Below the pieces are notes generated by a model. That model had not been told where the DNA came from, did not search any database, and was given only the letters and a program-made list of their open reading frames with translations. A stretch of DNA of 64,000 nt from an uncultured Spirochaetota bacterium. GTDB lineage: Bacteria; Spirochaetota; Spirochaetia; SZUA-6; Fen-1364. The stretch is taken from NCBI GenBank assembly GCA_963734545.1, contig CAVTHO010000005.1, positions 544,001 through 608,000 on the forward strand. Direction: 5' to 3'. The position numbers and the translations under genes are program-made. Positions 1 through 10,603 of the stretch are shown here, piece by piece. Each line of letters begins with the position of its first letter. The first letter of the stretch is position 1.

Positions 1-638
1 AACGCGACAGGCACGACGAAAGTGAGCGTGACCCTCAGCCACCCCGGGTAGATGCTCACGGGCCATCGACCCGCCTCGTACATGCTCTGGAAGATCATGA
101 GGATGTTCTCCACGCGCACGAACCAGAACGCCGAGGTCGCGAGGATCATCCAGAAGCTGTATGCAATCGCGCCGCCGGCAAGAAGCGCGGCGGCGAACGT
201 GACTGCCGGGACAACACCCACATGAGCGCCCAGCCGCGTCAGGGCGGCCGCCAGCACTCCCATGCCCAGCACGACATCGATCAGCTTCCAGATATCGACC
301 CTCTGGATGCTGACCAGCAGCTGCGCGTTCTCCGGCTTGGCAAGGGTGAAATCAAGAGTGCCGTCCCGGACCGACTCGATGAGCTGCTCCATGCTCGGCT
401 GGATCACGAGCCTGATGGCCCCGCCGACGAGGAAGAAGACACCCAGGAGGGCGAGGACCTCGTCCGGCTTCCAGCCGCCCAGGTTTTCCGTGTAGGAGAA
501 TATGACGGCGAGCCCGGCGATTGCTGTCCCGAGCTCCAGGAGCGATTCGAGGAGCTGGACAAAGAAGTTGGCGCGATACGCCAGCTCTCCCATCATGCCG
601 ACGCGGAAAAAGGTCCACAGAAGCCTGAGGTACCTCAT
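1..638 (-). CDS. ABC-2 family exporter permease (DUF990-like), truncated by the window edge
   Basis: Not in the ORF track. Manual translation from ATG at 638 gives MRYLRLLWTFFRVGMMGELAYRANFF...VRDGTLDFTLAKP...AGRWPVSIYPGWLR; ATGA overlap with the upstream permease. Confidence 0.85.
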   Translation of the reverse strand, partial: MRYLRLLWTFFRVGMMGELAYRANFFVQLLESLLELGTAIAGLAVIFSYTENLGGWKPDEVLALLGVFFLVGGAIRLVIQPSMEQLIESVRDGTLDFTLAKPENAQLLVSIQRVDIWKLIDVVLGMGVLAAALTRLGAHVGVVPAVTFAAALLAGGAIAYSFWMILATSAFWFVRVENILMIFQSMYEAGRWPVSIYPGWLRVTLTFVVPVA

Positions 639-1438
639 GCGCCCACCGCCGAGTAGACCCGCACCCCTGCCCGCCAGACGAACCTGAGCAGCGCCAGGAA
701 GAGGAGGAGCCACGCGATCTGCACTCCGATCCCCGCCAAAGCCAGCGGGAAGTCGACCCTGCCCAGCAGGAGCTCGACGGGAAAGCTCGTTGTCCAGCGG
801 AAGGGAAGGGCGGCGGCGATGAGCGGGAGGGGCCGGGGAAGCAGCGCAAGCGGGGCCATCTGGCCGGAGAGAAAGAGCATCAGGATGAAGTAGGTCTGGT
901 TGATGGCGCTCACCCTCGTGGTCCAGAACGCGGCGAGCGCGAGAATCCATTCCATGAGGAACCGCAGAACAAATGCGAGCAGCAGCGCGGGAGCGAACGC
1001 GACGGCGGCCCAGGGCACCGGATGAAAGGCGGGCCGGAAGATGAGCGTCAGGACCGCCGCGGCGGCCAGTATCAACGGCAGGGTGACAACCTTGGAAGAG
1101 ATATTGTCGGCCAGATCCGCGTGAATGGGATGGACGGGGCGGAGAAGCGCGAATGAGAGCATCCCGTGGCGCACCCGGTATTCGTACTCGTACATGATCC
1201 AGGTGTAGGTGGCGTGGTTGACGAGCATGAGCAGGATGAAGTACGCGGCGAACTCCTCCGTGCCGTACCCCCCCACGCTGCCGCCCCGGGAACGCGACAC
1301 GGCCGACCACACGACGAGATAGATGAGCGGATCCAGCACGTGCCCGATCAGCCAGATGACGAGCGCCGCCCTGTACTGCAGCATGGAGGCAAGCGAGGTC
1401 TTGAACTGCTGGAGGTAGAGGTCCGCCAGGCCCCTCAC
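635..1438 (-). CDS. ABC-2 family exporter permease
   Basis: Hydrophobic part of ORF 635..1918 (LQYRAAL, GMLSFALLRP, FLSGQMAPLALLP); GTG start at 1438 overlaps the ATPase stop. Confidence 0.85.
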   Translation of the reverse strand: MRGLADLYLQQFKTSLASMLQYRAALVIWLIGHVLDPLIYLVVWSAVSRSRGGSVGGYGTEEFAAYFILLMLVNHATYTWIMYEYEYRVRHGMLSFALLRPVHPIHADLADNISSKVVTLPLILAAAAVLTLIFRPAFHPVPWAAVAFAPALLLAFVLRFLMEWILALAAFWTTRVSAINQTYFILMLFLSGQMAPLALLPRPLPLIAAALPFRWTTSFPVELLLGRVDFPLALAGIGVQIAWLLLFLALLRFVWRAGVRVYSAVGA

Positions 1439-2418
1439 GGCGCCTCCTGGGAAAAAACCAGGTCGATCACCTCTTCTATCGGCGGGTCCTCCACGGTCAG
1501 GTCGATCACCGGCAGGTCGGCAAGGAGCCGCTCTGTGACCCGGGCCGTTCGCGTCCGGGGAACGCGCAGCGTGGCAACGCCGTCTTCGCAGGAGAGCACA
1601 TCGCCATAAGCGCGCAGGTCGGTCTGGCAGTCTGCCAGCCGCACGACGATGGTCTTGTGCGCGGTGAAGCGCTCGAGGAGCGCGGAGAGCTCGCCGTCGA
1701 AGAGCAGCTTTCCGTGGTGGATGACGACCACGCGGCGGCAGAGGGCTTCCACATCGGCCATGTAGTGGCTGGTCAGAAGAACGGTGGCGCCGTACCGCGT
1801 ATTGTACTCCGCGAGGAACGCCCGTATGCGGCGCTGCATCGTCACGTCCAGCCCAATGGTCGGCTCGTCCAGGAACACCACGCGGGGCCTGTGCAGCAGT
1901 GCCGCCGCAACCTCGCACTTCATCCGTTCTCCCAGGGAGAGATTGCGGACGGGCTTCCGCAGGAGCGGCTCCAGATCGAGCAGCGCCACCAGCTCATCGA
2001 GGGTGCGCCGATAGTCGGCTGCGGGGATGCGGTAGACGGCCCGGTTGAGCTCGAAGGAGTCAGCGGCGGGTATGTCCCAGACCAGCTGGTTGCGCTGACC
2101 CATCACGAGCGTGATCTGCCGCAGGAACTCCTTTTCCCGCGCCGAGGGAGTGTGGCCCAGCACGGTCACTTCCCCGCTCGTCGGGTAAAGGAGGCCCGAG
2201 AGCATCTTGAGTGTCGTGGTCTTTCCCGCGCCGTTGGGTCCGAGAAAACCCACGATCTCTCCCGGGGCGAGGTCGAAAGAGATTCCGTCCACGGCAGGGA
2301 TTTCCTGCACGTGGCGGTGCACGAGGCTTTTCAGCGCCGCGCGCATCCCTGCGGCACGCTCGGCTACCCTGTAGGTCTTGCGCAGATCGCGGATCCGGAT
2401 GGCAGGCGGCGATCCCAC
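1435..2418 (-). CDS. ABC exporter ATP-binding protein
   Basis: Walker A GPNGAGKTT, signature LSLGERMK, Walker B VVFLDEPT; start approximate (GTG at 2418). Confidence 0.92.
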   Translation of the reverse strand: MGSPPAIRIRDLRKTYRVAERAAGMRAALKSLVHRHVQEIPAVDGISFDLAPGEIVGFLGPNGAGKTTTLKMLSGLLYPTSGEVTVLGHTPSAREKEFLRQITLVMGQRNQLVWDIPAADSFELNRAVYRIPAADYRRTLDELVALLDLEPLLRKPVRNLSLGERMKCEVAAALLHRPRVVFLDEPTIGLDVTMQRRIRAFLAEYNTRYGATVLLTSHYMADVEALCRRVVVIHHGKLLFDGELSALLERFTAHKTIVVRLADCQTDLRAYGDVLSCEDGVATLRVPRTRTARVTERLLADLPVIDLTVEDPPIEEVIDLVFSQEAP

Positions 2419-2469
2419 TTGCTCAATATACGCACTGCCGGGAGGCCCGCACAAGCGCGAAAATAATGG

Positions 2470-2497
2470 TTGACAAAATCCAAACTTCTGATACCCT
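2470..2497 (+). promoter_or_regulatory. sigma70-type promoter of the sugar ABC operon
   Basis: TTGACA (2470-2475), 16-bp spacer, extended -10 TGn-TACCCT. Confidence 0.6.
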
Positions 2498-2502
2498 GTC
2501 GG

Positions 2503-2527
2503 TTAGTTCGGGTCGGAACCGAACTAA
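2503..2527. promoter_or_regulatory. ROK/XylR-type operator
   Basis: 25-bp inverted repeat TTAGTTCGG-N7-CCGAACTAA just downstream of the -10; same TTAGTT...AACTAA layout as XylR operators; a ROK gene follows the operon. Confidence 0.75.
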
Positions 2528-2557
2528 GTATTTTATCTAATTTTTAAGGAGGGAAGA

Positions 2558-3847
2558 GTGATGAAGAGAAGATCGGTCATTATCGTTCTTGTTCTGCTCT
2601 TGATCCTGCCTGCATTGTCATTCGGACAAGCGAGCGCGACTGTCGAGCTGCTTATCCATCAAAACGCGCCCCTGGTGGACTACATCAACGCTTTCAACGA
2701 GAAGTTCCAGGACAAATACCCGAATATCACGGTGAATGTCTCCGTGGTGAAGGCGGACGAGCTTGCCACGTCCACCCAGACCAGGCTGACTGCGAATGAC
2801 GTGGACGTCATCGACATGTTCGGTTTTGCGCAGGGAATCCAGCCCTTCATGAAGAACGCCGACAAGCCGAACTGGCAGGCGCTGATCGAGGCCGGGCTGC
2901 TGATGGATCTGACCGGTCAGCCGTTCCTGAAGAATTATGACGCGTCAGCCATCAAGGACGCGGGTTCTTTCAACGGCAGGGTCTACGAGGTGAACACCGG
3001 GCGTTACGCGTTCACCGGAGTGTTCTATAACAAGGATCTCTTCAGCAAGTACGGCGTGAAGGTGCCCACGACATGGGGCCAGCTCGTGGCGGCCTGCGAT
3101 ACCTTCAAAAAGAACAAGATCTCCCCCATGACCGCGGGCGGCAAGGACGGATGGCCGGTGCTCGTGGCCGGCTACGGCATCCTGCTCAGCGCTTACCCCG
3201 ACCAGGCAGCCCTTGTAAAAGGTCTCTGGAGCGGAACGGCCAAGTGGAATGACGCAAAAGGCGTGGCGATGTGGAAGAAGATGCAGATCATGGCACGAGA
3301 CATGATCGAGCCGGGCGCCAGCGGTATTGCCTTTGATGCTGCTCCGGGAAGGTTCGCCGCAGGGCTTGCGGCCATGCTCCCGGCAGGGTCCTGGGATGCG
3401 CCTGCGATAGAAAGCGCCAATCCGAAGCTGAACTTCGGCTTTTTCCCGATGCCCGGCAGCGACAACGCGAGCGACAACAAGTTCCTGGCCGGCAAGTACG
3501 ATGTGGGCTGGGTGGTCGCGGCAAAGACCGCCAACAAGGATGCGGCCCTGAAGTGGCTGGCATTCTTCTCCCAGCCGGATAACTACCAGGCCTACGTCAA
3601 CGCCACCGGGATCATGCCCACCCAGCCGACGGCCAGGCTCAACACGACCCTGGGCAAGGAAGTGGCTCCCTACCTCGCCAATTTCAGGCTCGGTTACGAG
3701 CTGCTCTGGGTGAACCCGAAGGGCATGGGACAGTGGGCACAGCCCAATGCCTCGTTCTTCAAGCCGTTCAACCAGTGGGATGACGCCAAGAAGCTGGCAG
3801 ACCAGGCCCAGGCGGATCTTGACGCGGGACTGAAGGCGAACCAGTAA
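2558..3847 (+). CDS. Carbohydrate ABC transporter solute-binding protein (CUT1)
   Basis: Signal peptide, VFYNKDLFSKYGVKVPTTW motif, RBS AAGGAGG. Confidence 0.92.
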   Translation: MMKRRSVIIVLVLLLILPALSFGQASATVELLIHQNAPLVDYINAFNEKFQDKYPNITVNVSVVKADELATSTQTRLTANDVDVIDMFGFAQGIQPFMKNADKPNWQALIEAGLLMDLTGQPFLKNYDASAIKDAGSFNGRVYEVNTGRYAFTGVFYNKDLFSKYGVKVPTTWGQLVAACDTFKKNKISPMTAGGKDGWPVLVAGYGILLSAYPDQAALVKGLWSGTAKWNDAKGVAMWKKMQIMARDMIEPGASGIAFDAAPGRFAAGLAAMLPAGSWDAPAIESANPKLNFGFFPMPGSDNASDNKFLAGKYDVGWVVAAKTANKDAALKWLAFFSQPDNYQAYVNATGIMPTQPTARLNTTLGKEVAPYLANFRLGYELLWVNPKGMGQWAQPNASFFKPFNQWDDAKKLADQAQADLDAGLKANQ

Positions 3848-3877
3848 TACACGGAGAGTGCCTCTGAGAGAATGAGA

Positions 3878-3917
3878 GAGGCAGGTGTCCCTCCTCCGCA
3901 GGGGGAGGGCCTGCCTC
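3878..3917 (+). other. Intercistronic stem-loop after the SBP gene
   Basis: GAGGCAGG-TGTCCCTCCTCC-GCA-GGGGGAGGG-CCTGCCTC; no clear U-tract. Confidence 0.6.
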
Positions 3918-3943
3918 CTGTTTCAGCGTGGAGGAGTGCCGCG

Positions 3944-4879
3944 ATGAATGCCGCTTATCACTTCGGGAGCAGACGGTCCCGGCTGATCCCCACGCTTCTC
4001 CTGCTGCCCGGGATGCTGCTCTATTTTCTCCTTTTGCTGGGCCCCTCGCTCGCCACGGTATTCTATTCGTTCACGGATGCCTCGGGGCTCATCGGGACTC
4101 CCATGAAGTGGCTGGGGCTCAGCAATTACAGGGAGTTTCTTTTCATGGGCCAGAATGTCCGTGACAACCTGGAGGTGCTGGTCCGCACGCTGGAGTTCTC
4201 TTTCCTCGTCACCGTGATCCAGACGAGCTTCGGCCTGCTGATCGCGGTGCTGCTGAACCAGCGCCTGAAGGCCACGAACGCGTTTCGCACTCTCTTCTTC
4301 CTCCCCGTGATCCTTGGCGTGACCATCATCGGCCTCATGTGGACCCTGTTCCTCTACCCGCTGGGCGGGCCGGTCGACAGGATTCTGGGGCTTTTCGGCA
4401 CGCACAACGAGCTGCTGGGGGGGCCGCCGTTCCAGGCGTTCCTGTGGGTGATCTGGGTCCAGATCTGGGCGAACATGGGCATCACGATGATCATTTTCCT
4501 GGCCGGGCTGCAGACGATTCCGGCTGAGCTTGTCGAGTCGTCTCGCATTGACGGCGCCACCGGGTGGCAGACCTTTCGGCACATCACCTATCCGCTGCTC
4601 ATGCCCAGCATGAACACGAACCTGACCCTGGCGATCATCGGATCGCTGCAGGCGTGGCAGCTCCTCCTGATCATGAAGGGCGTGACGAACGGCACCCAGG
4701 TGCTGGGCCTGACCATATATGCCATCGCCTTCGGGCGCACGACGAACAATCCGACCGCGGTCGCCATGCGCCAGGGCTATGGCGCAGCCGCCTCAGTGGT
4801 CCTGTTCATCCTCGTGCTCATCATCGGAATGACGGCGCAGTACCTCATGCGGCGCAGAGAGAGGCGGATACTCGGATGA
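3944..4879 (+). CDS. Carbohydrate ABC permease (MalF-like)
   Basis: EAA-type loop LQTIPAELVESSRIDGATGWQTFRHIT; RBS GGAGGAG before ATG 3944. Confidence 0.92.
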   Translation: MNAAYHFGSRRSRLIPTLLLLPGMLLYFLLLLGPSLATVFYSFTDASGLIGTPMKWLGLSNYREFLFMGQNVRDNLEVLVRTLEFSFLVTVIQTSFGLLIAVLLNQRLKATNAFRTLFFLPVILGVTIIGLMWTLFLYPLGGPVDRILGLFGTHNELLGGPPFQAFLWVIWVQIWANMGITMIIFLAGLQTIPAELVESSRIDGATGWQTFRHITYPLLMPSMNTNLTLAIIGSLQAWQLLLIMKGVTNGTQVLGLTIYAIAFGRTTNNPTAVAMRQGYGAAASVVLFILVLIIGMTAQYLMRRRERRILG

Positions 4880-5754
4880 ACGTGCCCGAGTCGAAACCCC
4901 TCGGTTCCCCCGTGCCCCCGGTCTTCCCGACAGCCCCCGTCCGTCGGCAGCCGAGGGTGCGGTGGGGAGTATATGCGGCCCTGGCGCTCGTTGCCCTCAT
5001 CTACATCGGGCCGATGCTCACCGTGGTCAACGTTTCCCTGAAGTCACGACAGGAGTTCACACTCGATCCGACTTCGCCGGCAAAGGAATTGCATTTCGAG
5101 AATTTCGCGACCGCCTGGAAAAAGGCCAACTTCCCGCTCTATCTCCGCAATACGGTCCTGTATGCCGTGGTGGCGACCGGGCTCTACGTGCTGACCGCCG
5201 TATTCGTCGCCTTTCCAATCTCACGACGGTACGTGAGGGGCAGCGGGTTTCTTTTCAGCCTTTTCGTGATCGCCTTGTTCCTGCCCTATGCGTTGATTCC
5301 CCAGTTTCAATTGATGCTCCACCTGCGCCTGTACAACACCCAGGCAGGCTACATCCTGCTCTTCCTCGTGAACCCCATCGGCATCGTCATCCTGGTGAAC
5401 TACCTCAGGTCCATACCCAGGGACCTGGACGAGGCCGCGGCCATGGATGGGAGCAGCTACGTGCGGTTCGTGCTGCGGATCATCTTCCCATTGATCAAGC
5501 CGGCGCTCGCCAGCGTTATTGTGCTGCATGCAATCGGCATCTGGAACGAATACGTCACTCCCCTGATCTACCTGACGAAAAAGGCGTACATGCCCATCAC
5601 GCGCGGCCTGATGGTATTCTACGGCCAGTACGGCAACGATTGGACCACGCTGTCCGCCGCCATCCTGATGTTGATGCTCCCCATGGTGGTCCTGTTCATG
5701 GTTCTGCAGCGCTGGATCTATGCCGGTGTTCTGCAGGGCTCCCTGCGGCAATGA
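4876..5754 (+). CDS. Carbohydrate ABC permease (MalG-like)
   Basis: IPRDLDEAAAMDG EAA motif; ATGA coupling with the upstream gene. Confidence 0.92.
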   Translation: MNVPESKPLGSPVPPVFPTAPVRRQPRVRWGVYAALALVALIYIGPMLTVVNVSLKSRQEFTLDPTSPAKELHFENFATAWKKANFPLYLRNTVLYAVVATGLYVLTAVFVAFPISRRYVRGSGFLFSLFVIALFLPYALIPQFQLMLHLRLYNTQAGYILLFLVNPIGIVILVNYLRSIPRDLDEAAAMDGSSYVRFVLRIIFPLIKPALASVIVLHAIGIWNEYVTPLIYLTKKAYMPITRGLMVFYGQYGNDWTTLSAAILMLMLPMVVLFMVLQRWIYAGVLQGSLRQ

Positions 5755-8700
5755 AAATGGCGGAGACCGCTCTCTTCATTGCCGACACCCCGCTCAAGCC
5801 CTGCCCCGGACCCGTGGCAGGGGCATGCGTCGAGCTCGATGGCGAGCCGTTCTATCGCATCGCCAACTACAGCAGGATGCCGCCTTTCCTGATGAGCCTT
5901 GTCAGCGATTCGGACCACTGGCTCTTCATCTCCAGCAATGGCGCCCTCACCGCGGGCCGCAGGGATGCCGATCATGCCCTCTTTCCTTACTATACGGATG
6001 ACCGGATCCATGACAGCCAGGATCAGACGGGCAGCGCAACGCTCCTTCGCGTCGCGCGCGAGGGCCGGACATATCTATGGGAGCCATTCTCGCAGCGCAT
6101 GGAAGGCCTGTATCGGGGCTCCCGCAGCCTGTATAAGAGCGCATACGGCAACACGATCATATTCGAAGAGGTGAACGAGGATCTCGCGCTGGTTTTCTCC
6201 TATGCCTGGATGACGAGCGAGCGGTTCGGCTTCATACGGCGCGCCGCTGTGAAGAACCAGGGCGGCGCGCCGGCGCAGATCGAGCTCCTGGACGGGATTC
6301 AGAACATCATGCCGTACGGATTGACACGCCGATTCCAGGTGGAGTTCAGCACCCTGGCGGACGGCTACCGGGAAAGCGAGCTCGAGGCGCGCACAGGCCT
6401 GGGCCTGTTCAGGCTCAGCTCGATCCCCACGGACAAGGCAGAGCCGAGCGAGGCGCTCCGGGTGACCACGGTCTGGAGCCAGGGCCTGGAGAACCCGAAG
6501 GTACTGCTTTCTCCTTCTTCCCTGGAACGGTTCCGCAAGGGAGATGCGCTCCGCGAGGAGACGAACATCCGCGGAAGACGGGGGGCGTATCTTCTCAACG
6601 CCCGGCTCGACCTGGCGCCGGGAGACCGCAAGGAATGGCTCCTCGTCTGCGGATGTCAACCAGGATGCCGCGGACGTGAGAGCGACGCTCGGGCGGCTCG
6701 AGGCGGGAAAGAATCTTGTGGCCGAGATCAAGGAGGACGTGGCGCGGGGGACGACAAACCTGGTGCGCATTGTGGCCAGCGCGGATGGTCTTCAGCTCAC
6801 CGCGGACCAGCTGAGCACGTGGCGGCATTTCTCGAACGCCCTTTTCAATGCGATGCGCGGGGGCGTGCCGGATCGGGGCTACCTGATCTCGCGCGCTGAC
6901 TTTGTCTCATTCATCCAGAACGCGAACCGCTCGGTTTCACAGCGGCAGGCGGGATTCCTGGAGTCGCTGCCGGAGACGATTTCCCACACGGCCCTCATTG
7001 CGCAGGCCCGCGGCCGCGAGGATCCCGACCTGGAGAGGCTTGCGCGCGAGTACCTGCCGCTCACGTTCAGCCGCCGGCACGGGGACCCCAGCCGACCGTG
7101 GAACACTTTCACCATTGACCTGAAAAACGAGCACGGGGAGCGGATCCTCTCCTACCAGGGCAACTGGCGGGACATCTTTCAGAACTGGGAGGCGCTGGCG
7201 CTCTCGTTCCCCGGCTATATCGAGAGCATGATCTTCAAGTTCCTCGACGCCTCGACGGCCGACGGCTACAATCCCTACCAGATCACGAGGGACGGGTTCG
7301 ACTGGGAAACCATCAAGGCGCACGATCCCTGGTCGCACATCGGGTACTGGGGAGATCACCAGGTGATCTACCTGCTGAAGCTCCTGGAGGAGTCGGATCG
7401 GTATCATCCGGGCGCCCTGCAGGACCTCCTGGCGCGTCCCGTGTTCACCTACGCGAATGTGCCCTACCGCATCAAGCCCTATGAGGCGCTCCTCAAGAAC
7501 CCGCGCCGCACGATAGACCTCGACGGCGCGCTTCAGAGCCAGATCCAGAAGCGCGTCGCGGCAATCGGCGCCGACGGGAAGCTCCTGCTGGATCGCGCCG
7601 GCGTCCCCTGCCGGGCGAGCTTGACGGAGAAACTGCTCGTCCTGGTGCTCTCCAAGCTCTCGAACTACATCCCCGAAGCCGGCATCTGGATGAATACGCA
7701 GCGGCCGGAGTGGAACGATGCCAATAACGCGCTCGTCGGCTACGGCGTATCCATGGTCACCCTTTGCTACCTGCGCCGCTTCCTGGCCTTCTCTCGGAAT
7801 CTCTTTGACCGGGTCCACGACAAGGAGCTCGAGATTTCGGCCGAGGTAGCTGCCCTGTTCCATCGGATCGCTGCTGCCCTCCGGGAGCACGCCCCCCTGC
7901 TTGACGGGCGCCCCGCCGCGCCGGGCGGGATTCGCGCTCTCTGATCAGGACCGCAAGTCCGTTCTTGACGCGCTCGGCTCCGCGGGGAGCGATTTCAGGC
8001 GCACGCTTTACGATCAGGGTCTCTCCGGCAGTCTCGTGAGCCTCACGGGAGAGGATATCGTGGCTTTCTGCGACCTGGCGCTGCGCCACATCGAGCATTC
8101 CATCCGCGCCAACCGCCGGGAGGACGGCCTGTATCATTCCTACAACCTCATGCGCGTGGCGGGGGCCGATCGCATCGTGATCCGGCGCCTGGATGAGATG
8201 CTCGAGGGGCAGGTGGCTGTCCTGAGCTCGGGCGCGCTGTCCGGCGCGGAATCGACGGCACTTCTCGACGCGCTGCGCGCGAGCAGTCTCTATCGCGCCG
8301 ACCAGAACAGCTACATTCTCTATCCTGACAGGCGGCCGCCCCGGTTTCTGGAGAAGAACAATATCCCGGCGGATGCGCTCAGGGACTCGAAGCTCCTGAC
8401 GGTGCTCCTGAAGTCCGGCGACCGGCGCATCGTGGTCCGTGATGTGCAGGGGGGCGGGCATTTCAACGCGGCATTCCGCAACGGGGAAGCCCTCCGCCAG
8501 GCGCTCACGGAGCTGAAAGCGGGTGAATATCGCGCCCTGGTGGAAAGAGAGGAGGCGCATCTCCTGGGGCTCTATGAGCAGGTCTTCGATCACCAGTCCT
8601 TCACCGGCCGGTCCGGCACGTTTTACAAGTACGAGGGGCTGGGCTGCATCTACTGGCACATGGTTTCCAAGCTTCTCCTTGCCGTGCAGGAGGTCCTCTG

Positions 8701-9241
8701 CCGGGCCGTGGAGGACGGCGAGAAAGCCGCCCTCGTCGACCGGCTGAAGAAGCACTATGGGGACATTCGGGAGGGCATCGGGGTGCACAAGCTGCCCGAG
8801 CTCTACGGCGCGATACCCACGGACCCGTACTCGCATACGCCCGGCTTTACCGGAGCGCAGCAGCCCGGGATGACCGGCCAGGTCAAGGAGGACCTCATCA
8901 CGCGCCTTGGTGAGCTGGGCGTCTATGTGCGGGAGGGGCGGCTGCGGTTCGTCCCCCGCCTGCTGACGAGCGCCGAGTTCCTGGAGGCCCCGCGCACTTT
9001 CCGATACTACGATGTGGAAGGAAGCGCATGCACGGTTCCGACAGCGGCGGACAGCCTGGCATTCACGCTCTGCCAGGTGCCGATGATCGTGCATCGAGCG
9101 GGACCGGCGCGGATCGAGCTCGTCATGGCGGATGGAGGGACGCTCACCGTGCCGGGGCTTGTCCTGGACGCCGCCACGAGCGCGGCTCTGTTCGAGCGGA
9201 CGGGCGTGGTGCGCCGACTGGACGCGTACTGTGACCTGTAG
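5751..9241 (+). CDS. GH149-type glycoside phosphorylase (beta-1,3-glucan phosphorylase-like), about 1160 aa, two apparent +1 frameshifts (~6647, ~7905-7930)
   Basis: Three consecutive ORF pieces carry SDSDHWLFISSNG, YLPLTFSRRHGDPSRPWN, YQGNWRDIFQNWEAL, GYWGDHQ, WMNTQRPEWNDANNALVG and GAQQPGMTGQVKED, motifs I recall as GH149. Confidence 0.82.
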
Positions 9242-9364
9242 GGGCCTCCTTTCGTGCGTACGGGAGTGCGCGAGTACGCGCTCGGCCCGAAGGCCGTACC
9301 CGTTCGGCGAGTACGCCGTCCAGCTCCCCGGAATACGAGGGTACTCGTTCGGCGAATACGCCGT
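9241..9364 (+). repeat. REP-like intergenic repeat cluster
   Basis: GGGCCTCCTTTCGT...TACGGGAGT head plus two 24-bp copies GTACYCGTTCGGCGARTACGCCGT (9296-9319, 9341-9364); related to 11251-11307. Confidence 0.7.
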
Positions 9365-9429
9365 ACCGCGGAAGGGCTGCGGCTTGCAATCGTTCCACGG
9401 TCCGTTTGATACTTGCGGGTGAAAGCGCC

Positions 9430-10602
9430 ATGGCGAATAAGATAAATGAAATCAACACCTCACGCGTCCTGCAGAAGCTCTGGTTCAACAAAGGGATAAG
9501 CAGGGTCGACATCGCGCGTGAGCTCGGGCTTGGAAAATCAACGGTGACAAAGATCGTGGCCAAGCTTCTGGAGCGCAACCTCGTGAAGCGCGTGACCAGG
9601 GGACGCTCGGGGCCCAGCGGAGGGCGCCGGCCGACCCACCTCATGATCAACAGCCAGTATGGATACATTCTCGGCCTGGAAATACAGCCGGATTTCTACA
9701 CCGCCGTGGCCACGGATCTGCTCGGGGAGGTGATCTTTTCCCATTCGGAGCGATTGGCGTTCGGTCCAAGCATCGTCGACACCTGTCTCGGCGTGGTGAG
9801 CGCCCTGGAAGAGAGGACACGGAATATCCGGCTCCCTTTGATCGGCATTGGCGTCGGAATGCCCGGAATCATCGACCCGCACAAGGGCATCATCCTCCAG
9901 TCCAATCCGCTGAGCATCAGCCGGCCGGTGGATTTCTACCGGGAGATCGCGCCCCACCACACCGTTCCCGTCCTCATAGAAAATGACGCGAAATGCTGCT
10001 GCTGGGGAGAGCTCGCCTTCAAGAAAACCGAACGACACGCGAATTTCACGTTCGTGCTCGGCGAGTTCAGAAAGGGCAGGACGGCAAACTCGGACTATTG
10101 GGGCATCGCCATCGGCTTCGGTTTCGTCCTGAATGGAAAGGTCCACTACGGGGAAGGCTTTTCCGCCGGCGAGTTCCAGAGCATCCTGTGGGAGCCTCCC
10201 AACCAGGGCCAGTTTTCCCTGAGCGACGAAGAATCGAAGCGGATCAAGGAAGACGCGAAAATACTGGACCGGGTCCTCCGGGAGCTTTCCGCGCACATCG
10301 CGTTTCACGTCAACGCGTTGAACCTGACCAGCGTGGTGATCGGGGGCGAGATCGCCACCTACAAGGATGCTCTTACGGAGATGCTCCAGGCCGAGATCCA
10401 GAAGAACTGGTCATACGAGAACAAGGTCGACTGCTCGATCGAGTTCGCGACCCTGGGCGACAGGGCTGTCGCATACGGCGCGGCGGGGATGTTTCTCGAG
10501 CGTTTCTTCTCCATCCCCGACGTAGTGGAAAGCGCCGAGCTCCGGACGTCGAACAAGATCGGAGTCTTGTATGGACCCCGGCAATCCGCTAACGTGAGAT
10601 AA
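9430..10602 (+). CDS. ROK family transcriptional repressor
   Basis: N-terminal wHTH ISRVDIARELGLGKSTVTKIV, GGRRP, IGVGMPG, IENDAKCC, AGEF. Confidence 0.92.
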   Translation: MANKINEINTSRVLQKLWFNKGISRVDIARELGLGKSTVTKIVAKLLERNLVKRVTRGRSGPSGGRRPTHLMINSQYGYILGLEIQPDFYTAVATDLLGEVIFSHSERLAFGPSIVDTCLGVVSALEERTRNIRLPLIGIGVGMPGIIDPHKGIILQSNPLSISRPVDFYREIAPHHTVPVLIENDAKCCCWGELAFKKTERHANFTFVLGEFRKGRTANSDYWGIAIGFGFVLNGKVHYGEGFSAGEFQSILWEPPNQGQFSLSDEESKRIKEDAKILDRVLRELSAHIAFHVNALNLTSVVIGGEIATYKDALTEMLQAEIQKNWSYENKVDCSIEFATLGDRAVAYGAAGMFLERFFSIPDVVESAELRTSNKIGVLYGPRQSANVR

Positions 10603-10603
10603 C

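Noticed and set aside
5751-9241. Programmed frameshifting or a true pseudogene in the phosphorylase
   Set aside because: No slippery motif, no other decay, and the same +1 pattern occurs in unrelated genes across the window.
9296-9364. 24-bp palindromic direct repeats as a mini CRISPR
   Set aside because: Only two copies with a 21-bp gap, no cas genes, and a third copy dispersed at 11275; fits a REP-like element better.
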